A stretch of DNA of 64,000 bases from Eubacteriales bacterium (GTDB taxonomy: Bacteria; Bacillota; Clostridia; Oscillospirales; CAG-272): NCBI GenBank assembly GCA_045651165.1, contig JAZRRX010000037.1, forward strand, positions 584 to 64,583. Direction: 5' to 3'. Positions 27,872-38,109 of this stretch are shown here, piece after piece (the stretch's first letter is position 1; every line of letters begins with the position of its first letter). The notes below the pieces were generated by a model. It did not search any database. It was not told the origin of the DNA and worked only from the letters and a program-made list of their open reading frames with translations. Made by a program: the position numbers and the translations under genes.

Positions 27872-28894
27872 TTAACTCCACGTTCCAGTGTTGGGGTCAT
27901 ATTTTCCCTGCCCTGCGTTGGGGTCGGTTTTGCTTGAATTGTTGGATTTTTTATTATACTTTGAGTTGCTAATGCCTGAAGAAATAATCATGATAATTAT
28001 CACAACCAAAATAATTATGAAAATAATACCAATGATTTTTCCAACATCAATAGCAGTACCAAACACATCTTCGCCATCTTCAATTACAACAGCAATGTTG
28101 TATCCTGTTTTTTCGGTGAAAGCAACAAGTGCCTTGTTTATTGTGTTTTCATTAACAACCATGTTGGATTTGTTGTATACCTTGGAATAACTTGTATCAA
28201 CGTCTCCACTGGTTTTAGGAATTTTGTTCGTCAAAGCTTCAACTGACATAGCAATTCCTTTGCTAAGTTGAGTTTCGTAATAATTTGAAATGTGCTGACT
28301 AATTGCTTCACTAGTGAACATCAAATTGATATTTGTGGGAATATCATCACCCACCCAAGAGATGCACTCAAATCCGTCATAAGTATCATAAACAGTATAT
28401 ACAAGAAGAATATTTTCTTCGTAATTTTCGGTATCACCGAAAATTGTTGCATATTGCTTATCTACATAGGATTGGAATACTTGCTCACCATATATTATAT
28501 TGCCATTGGGATCATCATTACTTCCAAAAATCAAGCCCAAGGACGCAATCAATAGCATCACCAATACAAATATGGTGATCACAGTCATTACAGTGCTACC
28601 AAGGCAACCGCCATTTTCTTGATTGTTAGATCCATTTCCACCACCCGAGCCATAATGTCTAGATGGTCCAAATATAAATATTGGTCTCGGTCTGTACCAA
28701 CGCGGACCAAACCAACGTGGGCCGTACCAATGCGGGCCGTGATGCATAGGACCTCTTGGTCCTCCACCCATACCTCCGCGTGAGCCGCCACTGTATCCAC
28801 CGCCGAAGCTACCACCGCGCGAGCCACCTGCTCCACCGCCACGTGAACCGCCTCCAAATCCGCCACCGCGTGATCCTCCTCCTGGTCCTGGCAT
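27872..28894 (-). CDS. membrane protein with Gly/Arg-rich N-terminus
   Basis: SRGG repeats, two TMs flanking a soluble domain; GGAGGT RBS. Confidence 0.7.
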   Translation of the reverse strand: MPGPGGGSRGGGFGGGSRGGGAGGSRGGSFGGGYSGGSRGGMGGGPRGPMHHGPHWYGPRWFGPRWYRPRPIFIFGPSRHYGSGGGNGSNNQENGGCLGSTVMTVITIFVLVMLLIASLGLIFGSNDDPNGNIIYGEQVFQSYVDKQYATIFGDTENYEENILLVYTVYDTYDGFECISWVGDDIPTNINLMFTSEAISQHISNYYETQLSKGIAMSVEALTNKIPKTSGDVDTSYSKVYNKSNMVVNENTINKALVAFTEKTGYNIAVVIEDGEDVFGTAIDVGKIIGIIFIIILVVIIIMIISSGISNSKYNKKSNNSSKTDPNAGQGKYDPNTGTWS

Positions 28895-29160
28895 AACATT
28901 GTACCTCCATTGTCAAAAATAATTTGTAATTAATTATATCATAAGTTAAAATATTTTTCAACACATAACTTAAATTATGTATTCATTATACACTTTTTTA
29001 ATATTTTTCAAGGTCAACAACCGCAAAATAGAAATGTGTATTTCTACAACAAATGCAAAATTTTAACAAATATTTCCTTGTTTGAAAAATGTTTCAAAAA
29101 TATTTTTAAATCACTTGACAAACAATAAAAGGTGTGATATAATAGCAAAGTCGAAAATAT

Positions 29161-29236
29161 TGGGGTGTCGCCAAGCGGTAAGGCATCAGACTCTGACTCT
29201 GACATTACCGGGGTTCGAATCCCTGCACCCCAGCCA
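29161..29236 (+). tRNA. tRNA-Gln (anticodon CTG)
   Basis: TGGGGTG/CACCCCA acceptor, TCAGA-CTCTGAC-TCTGA anticodon arm, GTTCGAAT, CCA; TTGACA/TATAAT promoter upstream. Confidence 0.96.
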
Positions 29237-29469
29237 AAATAAAAGAGCATTCTCGCAAGAGAGTGCTCTTTTGTTTTGCTTGTGGGTATATAATGGGATT
29301 CGAACGCAGTGAAAAAACAACACAGTGCGTTGTTTTTGAACGGTGACCGAAGAATTTTGCAAAACATAACATATAAACTCAATCGGATGTTTTGCAAAAT
29401 TCAAGAACGAATCCCTGCACCCCAGCCAAAATTAAAGAGCATTCTCGAAAGAGAGTGCTCTTTTGTTTT
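29216..29469 (+). repeat. 62-bp direct repeat of the tRNA 3' end plus terminator, period 192 bp
   Basis: 29216-29277 versus 29408-29469, 60/62 identical. Confidence 0.92.
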
Positions 29470-29603
29470 TTTGCGAGTATAAGTCTCCCCACACCACACA
29501 AAAACTTTTTATGAACATTTAATTTTTCCTATTGACACAACCTAATTGCCGTGATATAATACATTGTCAAAAAAATATCAAAGTTTGAAAGGAAATCAAA
29601 AAT

Positions 29604-30377
29604 ATGAACAATTTGTTTGATTTAACAGGCAAGGTTGCCCTTGTAACAGGCGCATCCTCAGGTCTTGGCGTACAGTTCGCAAAGGCACTCGCTCGTCAGG
29701 GAGCTGACGTTGCTATCTGCGCTCGTCGTGTAGAAAAGCTTGAAGCAGTAAAGGCTGAAATCGAAGCTCTTGGTGTTAAGTGCTTTGCATACAGATGTGA
29801 CGTTCAGGACAACAACCAGATTAAAGAAATGGTAGCTGCAGTTGAAAATCGCTTCGGTAAAATCGATATTCTCGTAAACAACGCTGGTGTTGCAGGCGCA
29901 TCTCCTGCAGAAGCAACTCCTGACGAGGAATGGAACTATGTTGTTGGTGTTAACCTCAGTTCCGTTTACTTCGTAGCTCGTGAGGTTGGTAATGTAATGC
30001 TCAAAAATGGTTACGGCAAAATCATCAACATCGGTTCTCTTCACTCTGAAGTAGTTATGCCCAACACATGCTGGCCCGTAGGCGCTTACGCAGCTTCTAA
30101 GGGTGGCGTTAAGATGCTCACAAAGGCTCTCGCAGTTGAATGGGCTAAGAAGGGTATCACAGTTAATACAATAGGTCCCGCTTACTTCAGCAGCGAAATG
30201 ACAGGTGCAATCCTTGACACAGGCGCATTTGACGGTGTTGCAGCAACATATTGCCCCATGGCAAGAGCAGGTAAGCCCGGCGAACTTGACGGTGCTCTTA
30301 TCTATTTTGCATCCGATGCTTCCTCTTATACAACAGGTCAGTACCTTGCTGTTGACGGCGGTTGGACAGCAGTTTAA
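29604..30377 (+). CDS. SDR oxidoreductase (gluconate 5-dehydrogenase-like)
   Basis: TGASSGLG, NNAG, YAASK, DGG; TTGACA-17-TATAAT promoter at 29532-29560. Confidence 0.9.
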   Translation: MNNLFDLTGKVALVTGASSGLGVQFAKALARQGADVAICARRVEKLEAVKAEIEALGVKCFAYRCDVQDNNQIKEMVAAVENRFGKIDILVNNAGVAGASPAEATPDEEWNYVVGVNLSSVYFVAREVGNVMLKNGYGKIINIGSLHSEVVMPNTCWPVGAYAASKGGVKMLTKALAVEWAKKGITVNTIGPAYFSSEMTGAILDTGAFDGVAATYCPMARAGKPGELDGALIYFASDASSYTTGQYLAVDGGWTAV

Positions 30378-30434
30378 TTTAATACAAAAAAACGGTTGAA
30401 TTGCTTCAACCGTTTTTTTGCATATTATGAAACA

Positions 30435-30534
30435 ATAAATGGGGATTTATCGCAGACCTATAAACTACTATAGGGAGGCTTCCCCCTACAATGAATAATA
30501 TTGCTTATCAACCCTCCGATAAATCAAAATCAGA
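30435..30534. mobile_element. short element with inverted ends and an internal GTAG-type REP-like hairpin
   Basis: ATAAATGGGGATTTATCG...CCGATAAATCAAAAT ends match those of 42111..42464; internal TGTAGGGGGAAGCCTCCCTA on the minus strand. Confidence 0.5.
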
Positions 30535-30624
30535 AATAAAATTATCGCAGTTTCTTTATAACCTTGCATTTTCCTTTTAAATGTGCTATAATAAACCGAA
30601 AAAATTAATCCCTACGGAGTAAAT

Positions 30625-31206
30625 ATGAAAAAATCAAAATTGATATCAACTTTATTTTTGACCTTTTTCAAGATTGGAGCATTCACCTTCGGGGGCGGAT
30701 ACGCTATGCTCTCGCTTCTTGAAAATGAATTTGTAGAAAAAAAGAAATGGCTGACAAAAGAGGAGTTTCTTGATATGGTTGCTATTGCAGAATCCACTCC
30801 TGGCCCTATTGCAATAAACTCAGCAACATTTATAGGCAATAAAACTGCAGGTGTGCTTGGTGCTGCCCTTTCCACGCTCGGTGTTGTACTTCCCTCTTTT
30901 ATCATCATTTTTATAATATCTTTGTTTCTTGATGCCTTTCTTAGTTTCACGCTCATTGCAAACGCATTCCGTGGAATACAAGCGTGCGTTGTGTACCTTA
31001 TCGGTTCTACGGGCATCAAGCTCTTCAAACAGATGGAGAAAAAACCACTCCCCATAGCAATAATGTCAACAGTGCTTGTTTGTATGGTGGCATTTTCAAT
31101 ATTTGCAATTAAATTTTCATCAATTGTTTTCATTCTTATTTCCGGTGCGCTCGGCATAATTGCTTTTTATAGCAAAAAACATAACGGAAAGGAGAAACAA
31201 AAATGA
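30625..31206 (+). CDS. short-chain chromate transporter, subunit 1
   Basis: FFKIGAFTFGGGY and ESTPGPIAIN motifs. Confidence 0.92.
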   Translation: MKKSKLISTLFLTFFKIGAFTFGGGYAMLSLLENEFVEKKKWLTKEEFLDMVAIAESTPGPIAINSATFIGNKTAGVLGAALSTLGVVLPSFIIIFIISLFLDAFLSFTLIANAFRGIQACVVYLIGSTGIKLFKQMEKKPLPIAIMSTVLVCMVAFSIFAIKFSSIVFILISGALGIIAFYSKKHNGKEKQK

Positions 31207-31781
31207 TTTTGCTTGAACTTTTCCTTACATTTTTTGAAATTGGCGCACTCACATTTGGTGGTGGATATGCAATGATTCCGTTTGTGCGCGAGCAGGTTTT
31301 AGCTCACGGATGGCTCACAGAAGAAGAACTACTTAATATGATTGCAGTTTCTGAATCAACACCAGGTCCTATTGCCGTAAATATGGCAACATTCGTTGGC
31401 GCAAACGAGGCGGGTGTAATGGGTTCAATTATGGCAACACTTGGTGTAGTGCTCCCCTCCTTTATAATCATTCTTATCATTTCCTCTCTGCTTAAAAACT
31501 TTCTCAAATACAAGGGAGTTAAAGCGTTCCTTGCGGGTGTTCGCCCCTGTGTCGTTTCCCTTATTTTAGGGACTGCATTTACTCTTCTTTTGAGCGTGCT
31601 TTTTGGTATTGGTTCAAAAAATTTCGCATTCAATATTGATTTCAAGGGCATAATTATACTTGGAATAATAATTGCAATCTCTCTAATTTACAAAAAAATG
31701 AAGGGTAAAAAACCCTCTCCCATTCTTATGATAGGAATATCTGCATGCCTTGGTATGATTTTCTATTCACTTCCATTTTGA
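31203..31781 (+). CDS. short-chain chromate transporter, subunit 2
   Basis: IGALTFGGGY and ESTPGPIAVN motifs; overlaps its partner. Confidence 0.92.
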   Translation: MILLELFLTFFEIGALTFGGGYAMIPFVREQVLAHGWLTEEELLNMIAVSESTPGPIAVNMATFVGANEAGVMGSIMATLGVVLPSFIIILIISSLLKNFLKYKGVKAFLAGVRPCVVSLILGTAFTLLLSVLFGIGSKNFAFNIDFKGIIILGIIIAISLIYKKMKGKKPSPILMIGISACLGMIFYSLPF

Positions 31782-31794
31782 AAGGAGATAAATT

Positions 31795-32575
31795 ATGAAA
31801 AAAAACAGCACTTATAACAGGAGCTTCTGGCGGACTTGGACTTTCATTTGTAAATCTTTTTGCAAATGATGGTTATGACCTTGTCCTTGTAGCGAGAAAT
31901 GGCAACCGTCTTGAAGAAATCAAAAAAGATATTGAACAAAAATATAATATAAAGGCAACTGTAATTGCTAAAGATCTCTGCTCACCAAATGGTGCGAGTG
32001 AGGTTTATGAAGCAACAAAGCAAGCAGGCATCAAGATTGATGTTCTTGTCAACAATGCGGGATTTGGTGACTTCGGTGAATTTTATAAAAGTGATATAAA
32101 TAAGCAAATCAGAATGGTTGACCTCAACTGCACAGCTCTTATGCATTTGTGCCACCTCTATCTTCCTGATATGATTAAGCAAAAGAGGGGAAACATTCTC
32201 AATGTTGATTCAATCGCGGCATTTCAAGCAGGCCCTCTTATGAGCGTTTATTATGCGACAAAAGCTTTTGTTCTTTCGTTTTCACAAGCTCTCACTCGTG
32301 AACTTAAAGGTACAGGAGTTAAGGTAACCACTCTCTGCCCCGGTCCAATCAGAACAAATTTTGATAATGCTGCCGACCTTGGCGAAAGTGGACTTTTCAA
32401 AAATCTCAAGGTTTGGGACCCAGACACAGTAGCCAAATTCGGATATAAAAATATGAAAAAAGGCAAATCCCTTTGCATTTGTGGATTTGTAAATAAAATT
32501 ATTGTATTTGCTAACCGTTTAGCGCCTAGAGCTCTCGTTAGAGAAATGGTTTACAATTTGCAGAAGGTACAGTAA
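31795..32575 (+). pseudogene. SDR oxidoreductase with a +1 frameshift in an A8 run just after the ATG
   Basis: RBS AAAGGAG and ATG 31795; removing one A gives MKKTALITGASGGLG...NNAG...YYATK, open to 32575. Confidence 0.8.
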
Positions 32576-32641
32576 ATCTATAAATCAAAATTTGAACACC
32601 GATAAAAAACCGCGAGGAAGTTCCTCGCGGTTATTTTTATT

Positions 32642-33847
32642 TTATTCTACTTCTTTCAAAACAAATGTATTGAAGTCATAAACAACTTCATCTACCTTTT
32701 GAAGCGCCAATTGTTGACGAATATATTCTTCTGAGTAGGTTTCAAGAACCTCCGCTTCAGACTTACCCATCTGCTCAATAAGAGTATCCAACATTTCTCT
32801 GTATTCCTCATCAGATGCCTCAATTCCCTCTGCCTGAACAATAGCAATCATTATAAGCTCATAAGTAAGTCCTTCATTTACATAATCTCTAAGTTCCTTA
32901 TCGGTAGTAAATGAAAATCCTAAAAGGTAAGCACCATATCCGGTTGCAAGGAAATCTTCATAAGACATCTGGAACATTGTTGCATAATCCTCTATCTGAT
33001 AACGATAGTTGTAATATACGTGATTGAACTGTTCTTCAGGGATAGTAACAACTGAATTTTCGAGAATTTGCTTCCAAAGCAATGTTATGTTGGCATCTTT
33101 TACCATGCCTTCCATAGTTTCTTTGATGTATGCTCTATATTCATCGCAAGTTTTGTACTCGTCTTTAGTATATTCTTTAACCCAACCGTCAGAAAATTCG
33201 GGTTTAGCTATGAAATTGATTTTAACTTCAAATATTGTTTTTTTGCCTTTCAAATCAGCTGCCTGATAATCTTCAGGGAAAGTAATATCAAGGTCAAGTG
33301 TTTCTCCCACATTGGCGTTGAGCATACCCTGTGCAAAGCCATCGATGAAACTTCCAATACCACTGCTACTTAATGTATATAATGTATTATCTTCAATGTA
33401 AGCCAACTGATTTGTACCAGATCCACCGTCAAATGCTTTATCTTTAGTTCCATCATCTTTCAAAAGATATCCTGTAAAGTCAAAGCTAAAAACAACTCTT
33501 TCGCTTATTTGACCTTCTCTTATTTTTGTGAATTCCTCTTGAATAGCAAGAACCAATCCAATTTGCCAATCAACTTCCTCATCGGCAACCTCGAGTTGCT
33601 CTGTTTCAATTGTCAAACCCCTATAATCACCGAGTGTAACGTATTGGCTCATATCAGTATTGAACAAATCCATTGCATTATACTGAGTTCTTGGGGGCTT
33701 TGTGGTTGTAGTTGTTGTGGGTGTTGTAGTTGTTGTTGTGAAAAGATTCTTGGAAATGTTATTATCAGTCAAAAGAATAAATCCAGCTGCAAGAACAATA
33801 ATTCCAACAACAAATGCAACAATAGTAATAATGGTCGACTTTTTCAT
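32642..33847 (-). CDS. membrane-anchored trigger-factor-like FKBP peptidyl-prolyl isomerase
   Basis: N-terminal TM and Thr linker, then LGDYRGL, AFDGG, FIDGF, TFPEDY..DLKGK; no ribosome-binding domain. Confidence 0.85.
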   Translation of the reverse strand: MKKSTIITIVAFVVGIIVLAAGFILLTDNNISKNLFTTTTTTPTTTTTTKPPRTQYNAMDLFNTDMSQYVTLGDYRGLTIETEQLEVADEEVDWQIGLVLAIQEEFTKIREGQISERVVFSFDFTGYLLKDDGTKDKAFDGGSGTNQLAYIEDNTLYTLSSSGIGSFIDGFAQGMLNANVGETLDLDITFPEDYQAADLKGKKTIFEVKINFIAKPEFSDGWVKEYTKDEYKTCDEYRAYIKETMEGMVKDANITLLWKQILENSVVTIPEEQFNHVYYNYRYQIEDYATMFQMSYEDFLATGYGAYLLGFSFTTDKELRDYVNEGLTYELIMIAIVQAEGIEASDEEYREMLDTLIEQMGKSEAEVLETYSEEYIRQQLALQKVDEVVYDFNTFVLKEVE

Positions 33848-33983
33848 ATTTTCTCTCCATATAATTGAATAAAATTATTTTTTAAAACAAAAAAAGGAAC
33901 TCTCCTTGTTACAAAACAGAATAAGTTCCTTATTTTATAGGAAATTCCGCTTTAAAATATTTAAGCGGTTATTGAAGCATAAA

Positions 33984-34166
33984 TTACGCTTCCTCTTTGA
34001 TAACTTCCTTGCCATTGTAAGAACGGCACTTCTTGCAAACTCTGTGAGAGAGCACGAATTCTCCGCACTTGGGGCACTTTACGATGCCGGGAAGGTTAAG
34101 CTTCCAGTTGTTTGAACGTCTTTTGTCTCTGCGAGCCTTAGACACTTTTCTCTTCGGTACTGCCAT
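33984..34166 (-). CDS. rpmF: 50S ribosomal protein L32
   Basis: [17 protein letters not shown] with two CxxC. Confidence 0.97.
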   Translation of the reverse strand: MAVPKRKVSKARRDKRRSNNWKLNLPGIVKCPKCGEFVLSHRVCKKCRSYNGKEVIKEEA

Positions 34167-34229
34167 TGTCCTACACCTCCTTGTTAGTGTGATACACAAT
34201 TTATCTACGATATTATACTACATAATTTT

Positions 34230-34736
34230 TCATTTGTCAAGTAATTTTTTTAAAACTTCTAATCTTGGGTCAATTTCTTTTGTTACGCAACCGCAATCGC
34301 CCTCTCTTTTGGGTTTTCCACACTTTGGACAAAGCCCTTGGCATTCATCAGAGCAGAGCAATTTTCTTGGAAAATCAATCAAAAGTTCCTCGCGAACTGT
34401 GTCATCAAGAACAAGCTTTCCGTCATCAAGCACGATGTATTCATCTGCACTTTCTTCAAGCTTTTCTTCACTTACCATACCCTCGGTAACAACGGTTCTC
34501 TCAAAATCAAGTGAGAACACTCCGCGCACCTCATCAAGACAACGAGCACATTCTCCAACATAGGGCAAATCTGCTTGCAAAACAAGACGCATATACCCTG
34601 CAGAGTTAGTGATTTTTCCATGAACACGAGCATCGTCAGTAAATGTAACATCTTCAATTATTTCAGGCGTGAGAACGAAATCAATATCAATACTGCTTAC
34701 TTCTCCGCGAAGCATACGGTTAAGATCAATAATCAC
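34230..34736 (-). CDS. YceD/DUF177 family protein
   Basis: ECARCL, LCSDECQGLCPKCG and IDPRL; upstream of rpmF; GTG start after AAGGAG. Confidence 0.92.
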   Translation of the reverse strand: MIIDLNRMLRGEVSSIDIDFVLTPEIIEDVTFTDDARVHGKITNSAGYMRLVLQADLPYVGECARCLDEVRGVFSLDFERTVVTEGMVSEEKLEESADEYIVLDDGKLVLDDTVREELLIDFPRKLLCSDECQGLCPKCGKPKREGDCGCVTKEIDPRLEVLKKLLDK

Positions 34737-34988
34737 CTTTAGCACTCCTTTATAAAAAATTATTGTCAAACAAAACAACGGAAGATATTATAAACTAAAA
34801 TTCTCCCATTGTCAAGCGATTTAATAATATTTTTTTGGAATTTATATTTTTGCTAGATATATTTTACACTAAAATAAATTCAAAAAATCCACAAAAATAT
34901 ATTTACAAATAAGCAATTCTATGATAGAATAAACTCACAAAAGCAACATAATTATATTTACATAAATTAAGTAGGTGAACACGTTAAA

Positions 34989-35309
34989 ATGACCAAATTT
35001 AAAGAAAAAATTAAGAAATTTTGGGCTTGGTTGCGCCATAATGTAATCAACAAAGATATGCTTTTAGCACTTATAATTGCCGAAATTATATTTTGGTCAC
35101 CGTGCGCAATTTTAGCTATTTTAGCAGGAACGATAAGCCCTTGGTTCTGGACCGGATTTACAGCTATAATCATCTTTTGGAGCGCACCCTTCACACCAGG
35201 TTGGGCATTGCAAATTGCCTTAGCACTACTGATAAAGAAAGGTATTGACCGTTTCCATCAAAAATACATTCGCGTAGATAATAAGAACAACAAAGAAAAC
35301 GAAGAATAA
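34989..35309 (+). CDS. small Trp-rich membrane protein
   Basis: 106-aa hydrophobic ORF with RBS and a downstream terminator. Confidence 0.6.
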   Translation: MTKFKEKIKKFWAWLRHNVINKDMLLALIIAEIIFWSPCAILAILAGTISPWFWTGFTAIIIFWSAPFTPGWALQIALALLIKKGIDRFHQKYIRVDNKNNKENEE

Positions 35310-35346
35310 AAAACAGCGAGTCGTTAAAACGACTCGCTTTCTTTAT

Positions 35347-36189
35347 TCAAACTTTTTGTAAAACTTCAACTATACCTTGTGCATTTTCATCATCAACAAT
35401 GATTTCGCCAATGGAGTCCGCTTTAACATAACCAGAGTAAACATTTTTAACCGAAACGATATCTCCAACAATCTCTGCCTCAACCTCGCTTCTTTCAAAG
35501 CTGAGGTCGCAATCAATCATTGTACAATTAATGAGTTTTAACCCCTTGCAATAGCAAAGTGGCTGTGTGCCTATAATAGTACAATTTTCAAAAGTGATAT
35601 TCTCGGAATACCAAGCAAGATACTCACCCTTAACAACTGAATTTCGAACAACAATATTTTTAGCATGCCAGAAAGCATCCTTGGTGTCAAAATTGCAATT
35701 TTCAAAAACCGAATTTTCTATGTATTGAAAAGAATATTTACCAAGCAAGCTCGAATCACTCATTTTCAAACCCGTGGCTTGAAGCATAAAATATTCACCC
35801 TGAAATTTAGTGTGAGTAATATCAATATTGTGAGAAAACCAACCAAATTCAACGCTTTTTACGTCAGAATTTGAAATTGTAATATCACTACATTCGCGAA
35901 GCGCCTTAATTCCATGAAGCTTTGAGTTTCTTATATCAACATTATCAGAATACCAAAGTGCCGCGCGACAAAGCTCGGTCATTTCACTATTCTCAATCAA
36001 AACATTTGAGTCGTGCCAAAGAGGATAACGAAGATTGAAAAACACGCCATCGCATTTAATGTTTTTTCCTTCTTTGAGAGCGCTTTCGCCATCCTCGATG
36101 CCGTCAAATGAGCAGTCAAGCAACTCAATTCCATCAACACCATAAAGGGCGCGCTCCTCTCCAAATCTTTCGTTTCTATATATTTTCAT
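35347..36189 (-). CDS. DUF3737 family beta-helix protein
   Basis: GERALY, GESALKE, LRYPLWH, KDAFWH and GTQPLCYC motifs. Confidence 0.85.
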   Translation of the reverse strand: MKIYRNERFGEERALYGVDGIELLDCSFDGIEDGESALKEGKNIKCDGVFFNLRYPLWHDSNVLIENSEMTELCRAALWYSDNVDIRNSKLHGIKALRECSDITISNSDVKSVEFGWFSHNIDITHTKFQGEYFMLQATGLKMSDSSLLGKYSFQYIENSVFENCNFDTKDAFWHAKNIVVRNSVVKGEYLAWYSENITFENCTIIGTQPLCYCKGLKLINCTMIDCDLSFERSEVEAEIVGDIVSVKNVYSGYVKADSIGEIIVDDENAQGIVEVLQKV

Positions 36190-36332
36190 ATGCACCTCCA
36201 CATAAAGTTAACCTATATACTAAATAATAACACATAATTTCACTTTTTTCAATATTTATTTTTATTGACATTTTATCTCTTTTATAGTATTATTAAAGTG
36301 AATTAATATGCTCACTGAAGGTTGGTGAAAGA

Positions 36333-37232
36333 ATGAAGATAAATAAAAATTTAAAGGGTTGGTTATATCTGCTCCCCGCGTTTGTTTTTATTGCGGTGTT
36401 TATGATTTATCCCCTCATTGACGTTTTGATATATTCTTTTGAAGAGGGATATAATTTTGCGTCAGGAGAATCGTTTGGGGTTGGAATGTATAACTATAAA
36501 TACGTTTTGCGCGACCCTTATTTTATTCAGGCATTAAAAAATACATTTATTCTCGTTGCTATAACTGTGCCCGCGTCAACAATTATCGCGCTTGTAATCT
36601 CACTCGGTCTCTCTAGCATCAAATGGATCAAAAAAGCATATCAGACGATCTTCTTTCTTCCCTACGTAACAAACACCTTGGCTGTTGGACTTGTTTTTAT
36701 GATACTTTTCAAAAAAACACCCTATTCAGATGGCCTTGTGAACGCATTAATAACCTCACTTGGTGGTCAAGCTATAGATTTTATTGATGGCTCGTACGCG
36801 GCAAAAATGTTTGTTTTGTGTATTTACACAATATGGATTGTTATGCCCTTTAAAATTCTTATTTTCACAAGTGCGCTCGCATCGGTTGATAAAACCTATT
36901 ATCAAGCTGCTGCAGTAGACGGCACACCAGAAAATCGTGTTTTTTGTAAAATAACACTTCCTATGATTTCTCCAACCATATCATATCTTGTAATAACCGG
37001 CTTTATCGGAGCATTCAAGGCATATAGTGATGCTGTAGCATTGTTTGGTACAAACCTCAACACCGCAGGTATGAACACTATCGTTGGATATGTTTATGAT
37101 ATGCTCTATGGAGATGGCGGTGGCTATCCTTCATTTGCTTCTGCCGCGGCTATAATTCTTTTCTGCATCGTGTTGACTATAACTTGCATAAACCTTATCG
37201 TCAGCAAGAAGCACGTAACTTATGGAAAGTGA
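36333..37232 (+). CDS. carbohydrate ABC transporter permease
   Basis: FFLPYVT and EAA-like YQAAAVDG loop. Confidence 0.9.
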   Translation: MKINKNLKGWLYLLPAFVFIAVFMIYPLIDVLIYSFEEGYNFASGESFGVGMYNYKYVLRDPYFIQALKNTFILVAITVPASTIIALVISLGLSSIKWIKKAYQTIFFLPYVTNTLAVGLVFMILFKKTPYSDGLVNALITSLGGQAIDFIDGSYAAKMFVLCIYTIWIVMPFKILIFTSALASVDKTYYQAAAVDGTPENRVFCKITLPMISPTISYLVITGFIGAFKAYSDAVALFGTNLNTAGMNTIVGYVYDMLYGDGGGYPSFASAAAIILFCIVLTITCINLIVSKKHVTYGK

Positions 37233-37242
37233 GGTGCAGATA

Positions 37243-38109
37243 ATGAATAATCTAAAAAAAGCAAAGAAACAAAGCAAAACATCAAAAATCATCAAAAAGA
37301 CCGGAATATATTTTGGACTCTCTCTTTGGGCAATAGCAGTGCTTTTCCCATTCTATTGGATGCTTCAAAACTCTTTAAAAACTTTCTCGTCATATAATGC
37401 AGAAAGAATACCAAAATTCTTCCCCTCTGCCATAACCTTTGATAATTATATCCAAGCATTTACTACCGTTCCCCTTGCAAGATATTTACTTAACACCCTT
37501 GTTTTTACACTCATAACAACATTGATTATGCTCGTTGTAATAATTCTTGCGGCATTTGCATTCGCTCGTCTTGAATTCAAGGGCAAAAATCTTGCTTTCA
37601 CACTCTTTTTGGCTCTTATGATGATACCCAACGAATTGGTAATCATCACAAACTTTGTTACAATTACTAATTTGGATTTACGCAATACCATTTTGGGTCT
37701 TGTTTTGCCGTCCATAACTTCAATTTTCTTCTTATATCTCTTGAAAGAAAACTTTGCACAAATTCCCAATGAGCTGTATCTTGCCGCACAGGTTGATGGC
37801 TCAACGGATTTCGGTTATCTTGTGAAAGTAATGGTGCCCATATCTAGTCCCACAATCGTAACCATTCTTATTTTGAAAATTATAGAATGCTGGAACTCAT
37901 ATATTTGGCCTCGTCTTATTACCGATGACAAAACAAAATTCCTTATTTCAAACGGAATTCAAGAAATAAGAGAAAATGGTTTCGGACGCGAAAATATACC
38001 TGCAATGATGGCAGCAGTTGTGGTTATTTCACTCCCGCTTATCGTTTTGTTCTTGATTTTCAAAGACAAAATTATGGAGGGTGTTTCAAGAGGAGGTACA
38101 AAAGGATGA
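37243..38109 (+). CDS. carbohydrate ABC transporter permease
   Basis: IPNELYLAAQVDG, WNSYIWP and GGTKG. Confidence 0.9.
   Translation: MNNLKKAKKQSKTSKIIKKTGIYFGLSLWAIAVLFPFYWMLQNSLKTFSSYNAERIPKFFPSAITFDNYIQAFTTVPLARYLLNTLVFTLITTLIMLVVIILAAFAFARLEFKGKNLAFTLFLALMMIPNELVIITNFVTITNLDLRNTILGLVLPSITSIFFLYLLKENFAQIPNELYLAAQVDGSTDFGYLVKVMVPISSPTIVTILILKIIECWNSYIWPRLITDDKTKFLISNGIQEIRENGFGRENIPAMMAAVVVISLPLIVLFLIFKDKIMEGVSRGGTKG

Noticed and set aside
29044-29404. ORFs overlapping tRNA-Gln (and 8074..8271 over tRNA-Arg)
   Set aside because: These are typical spurious frames across tRNA genes.
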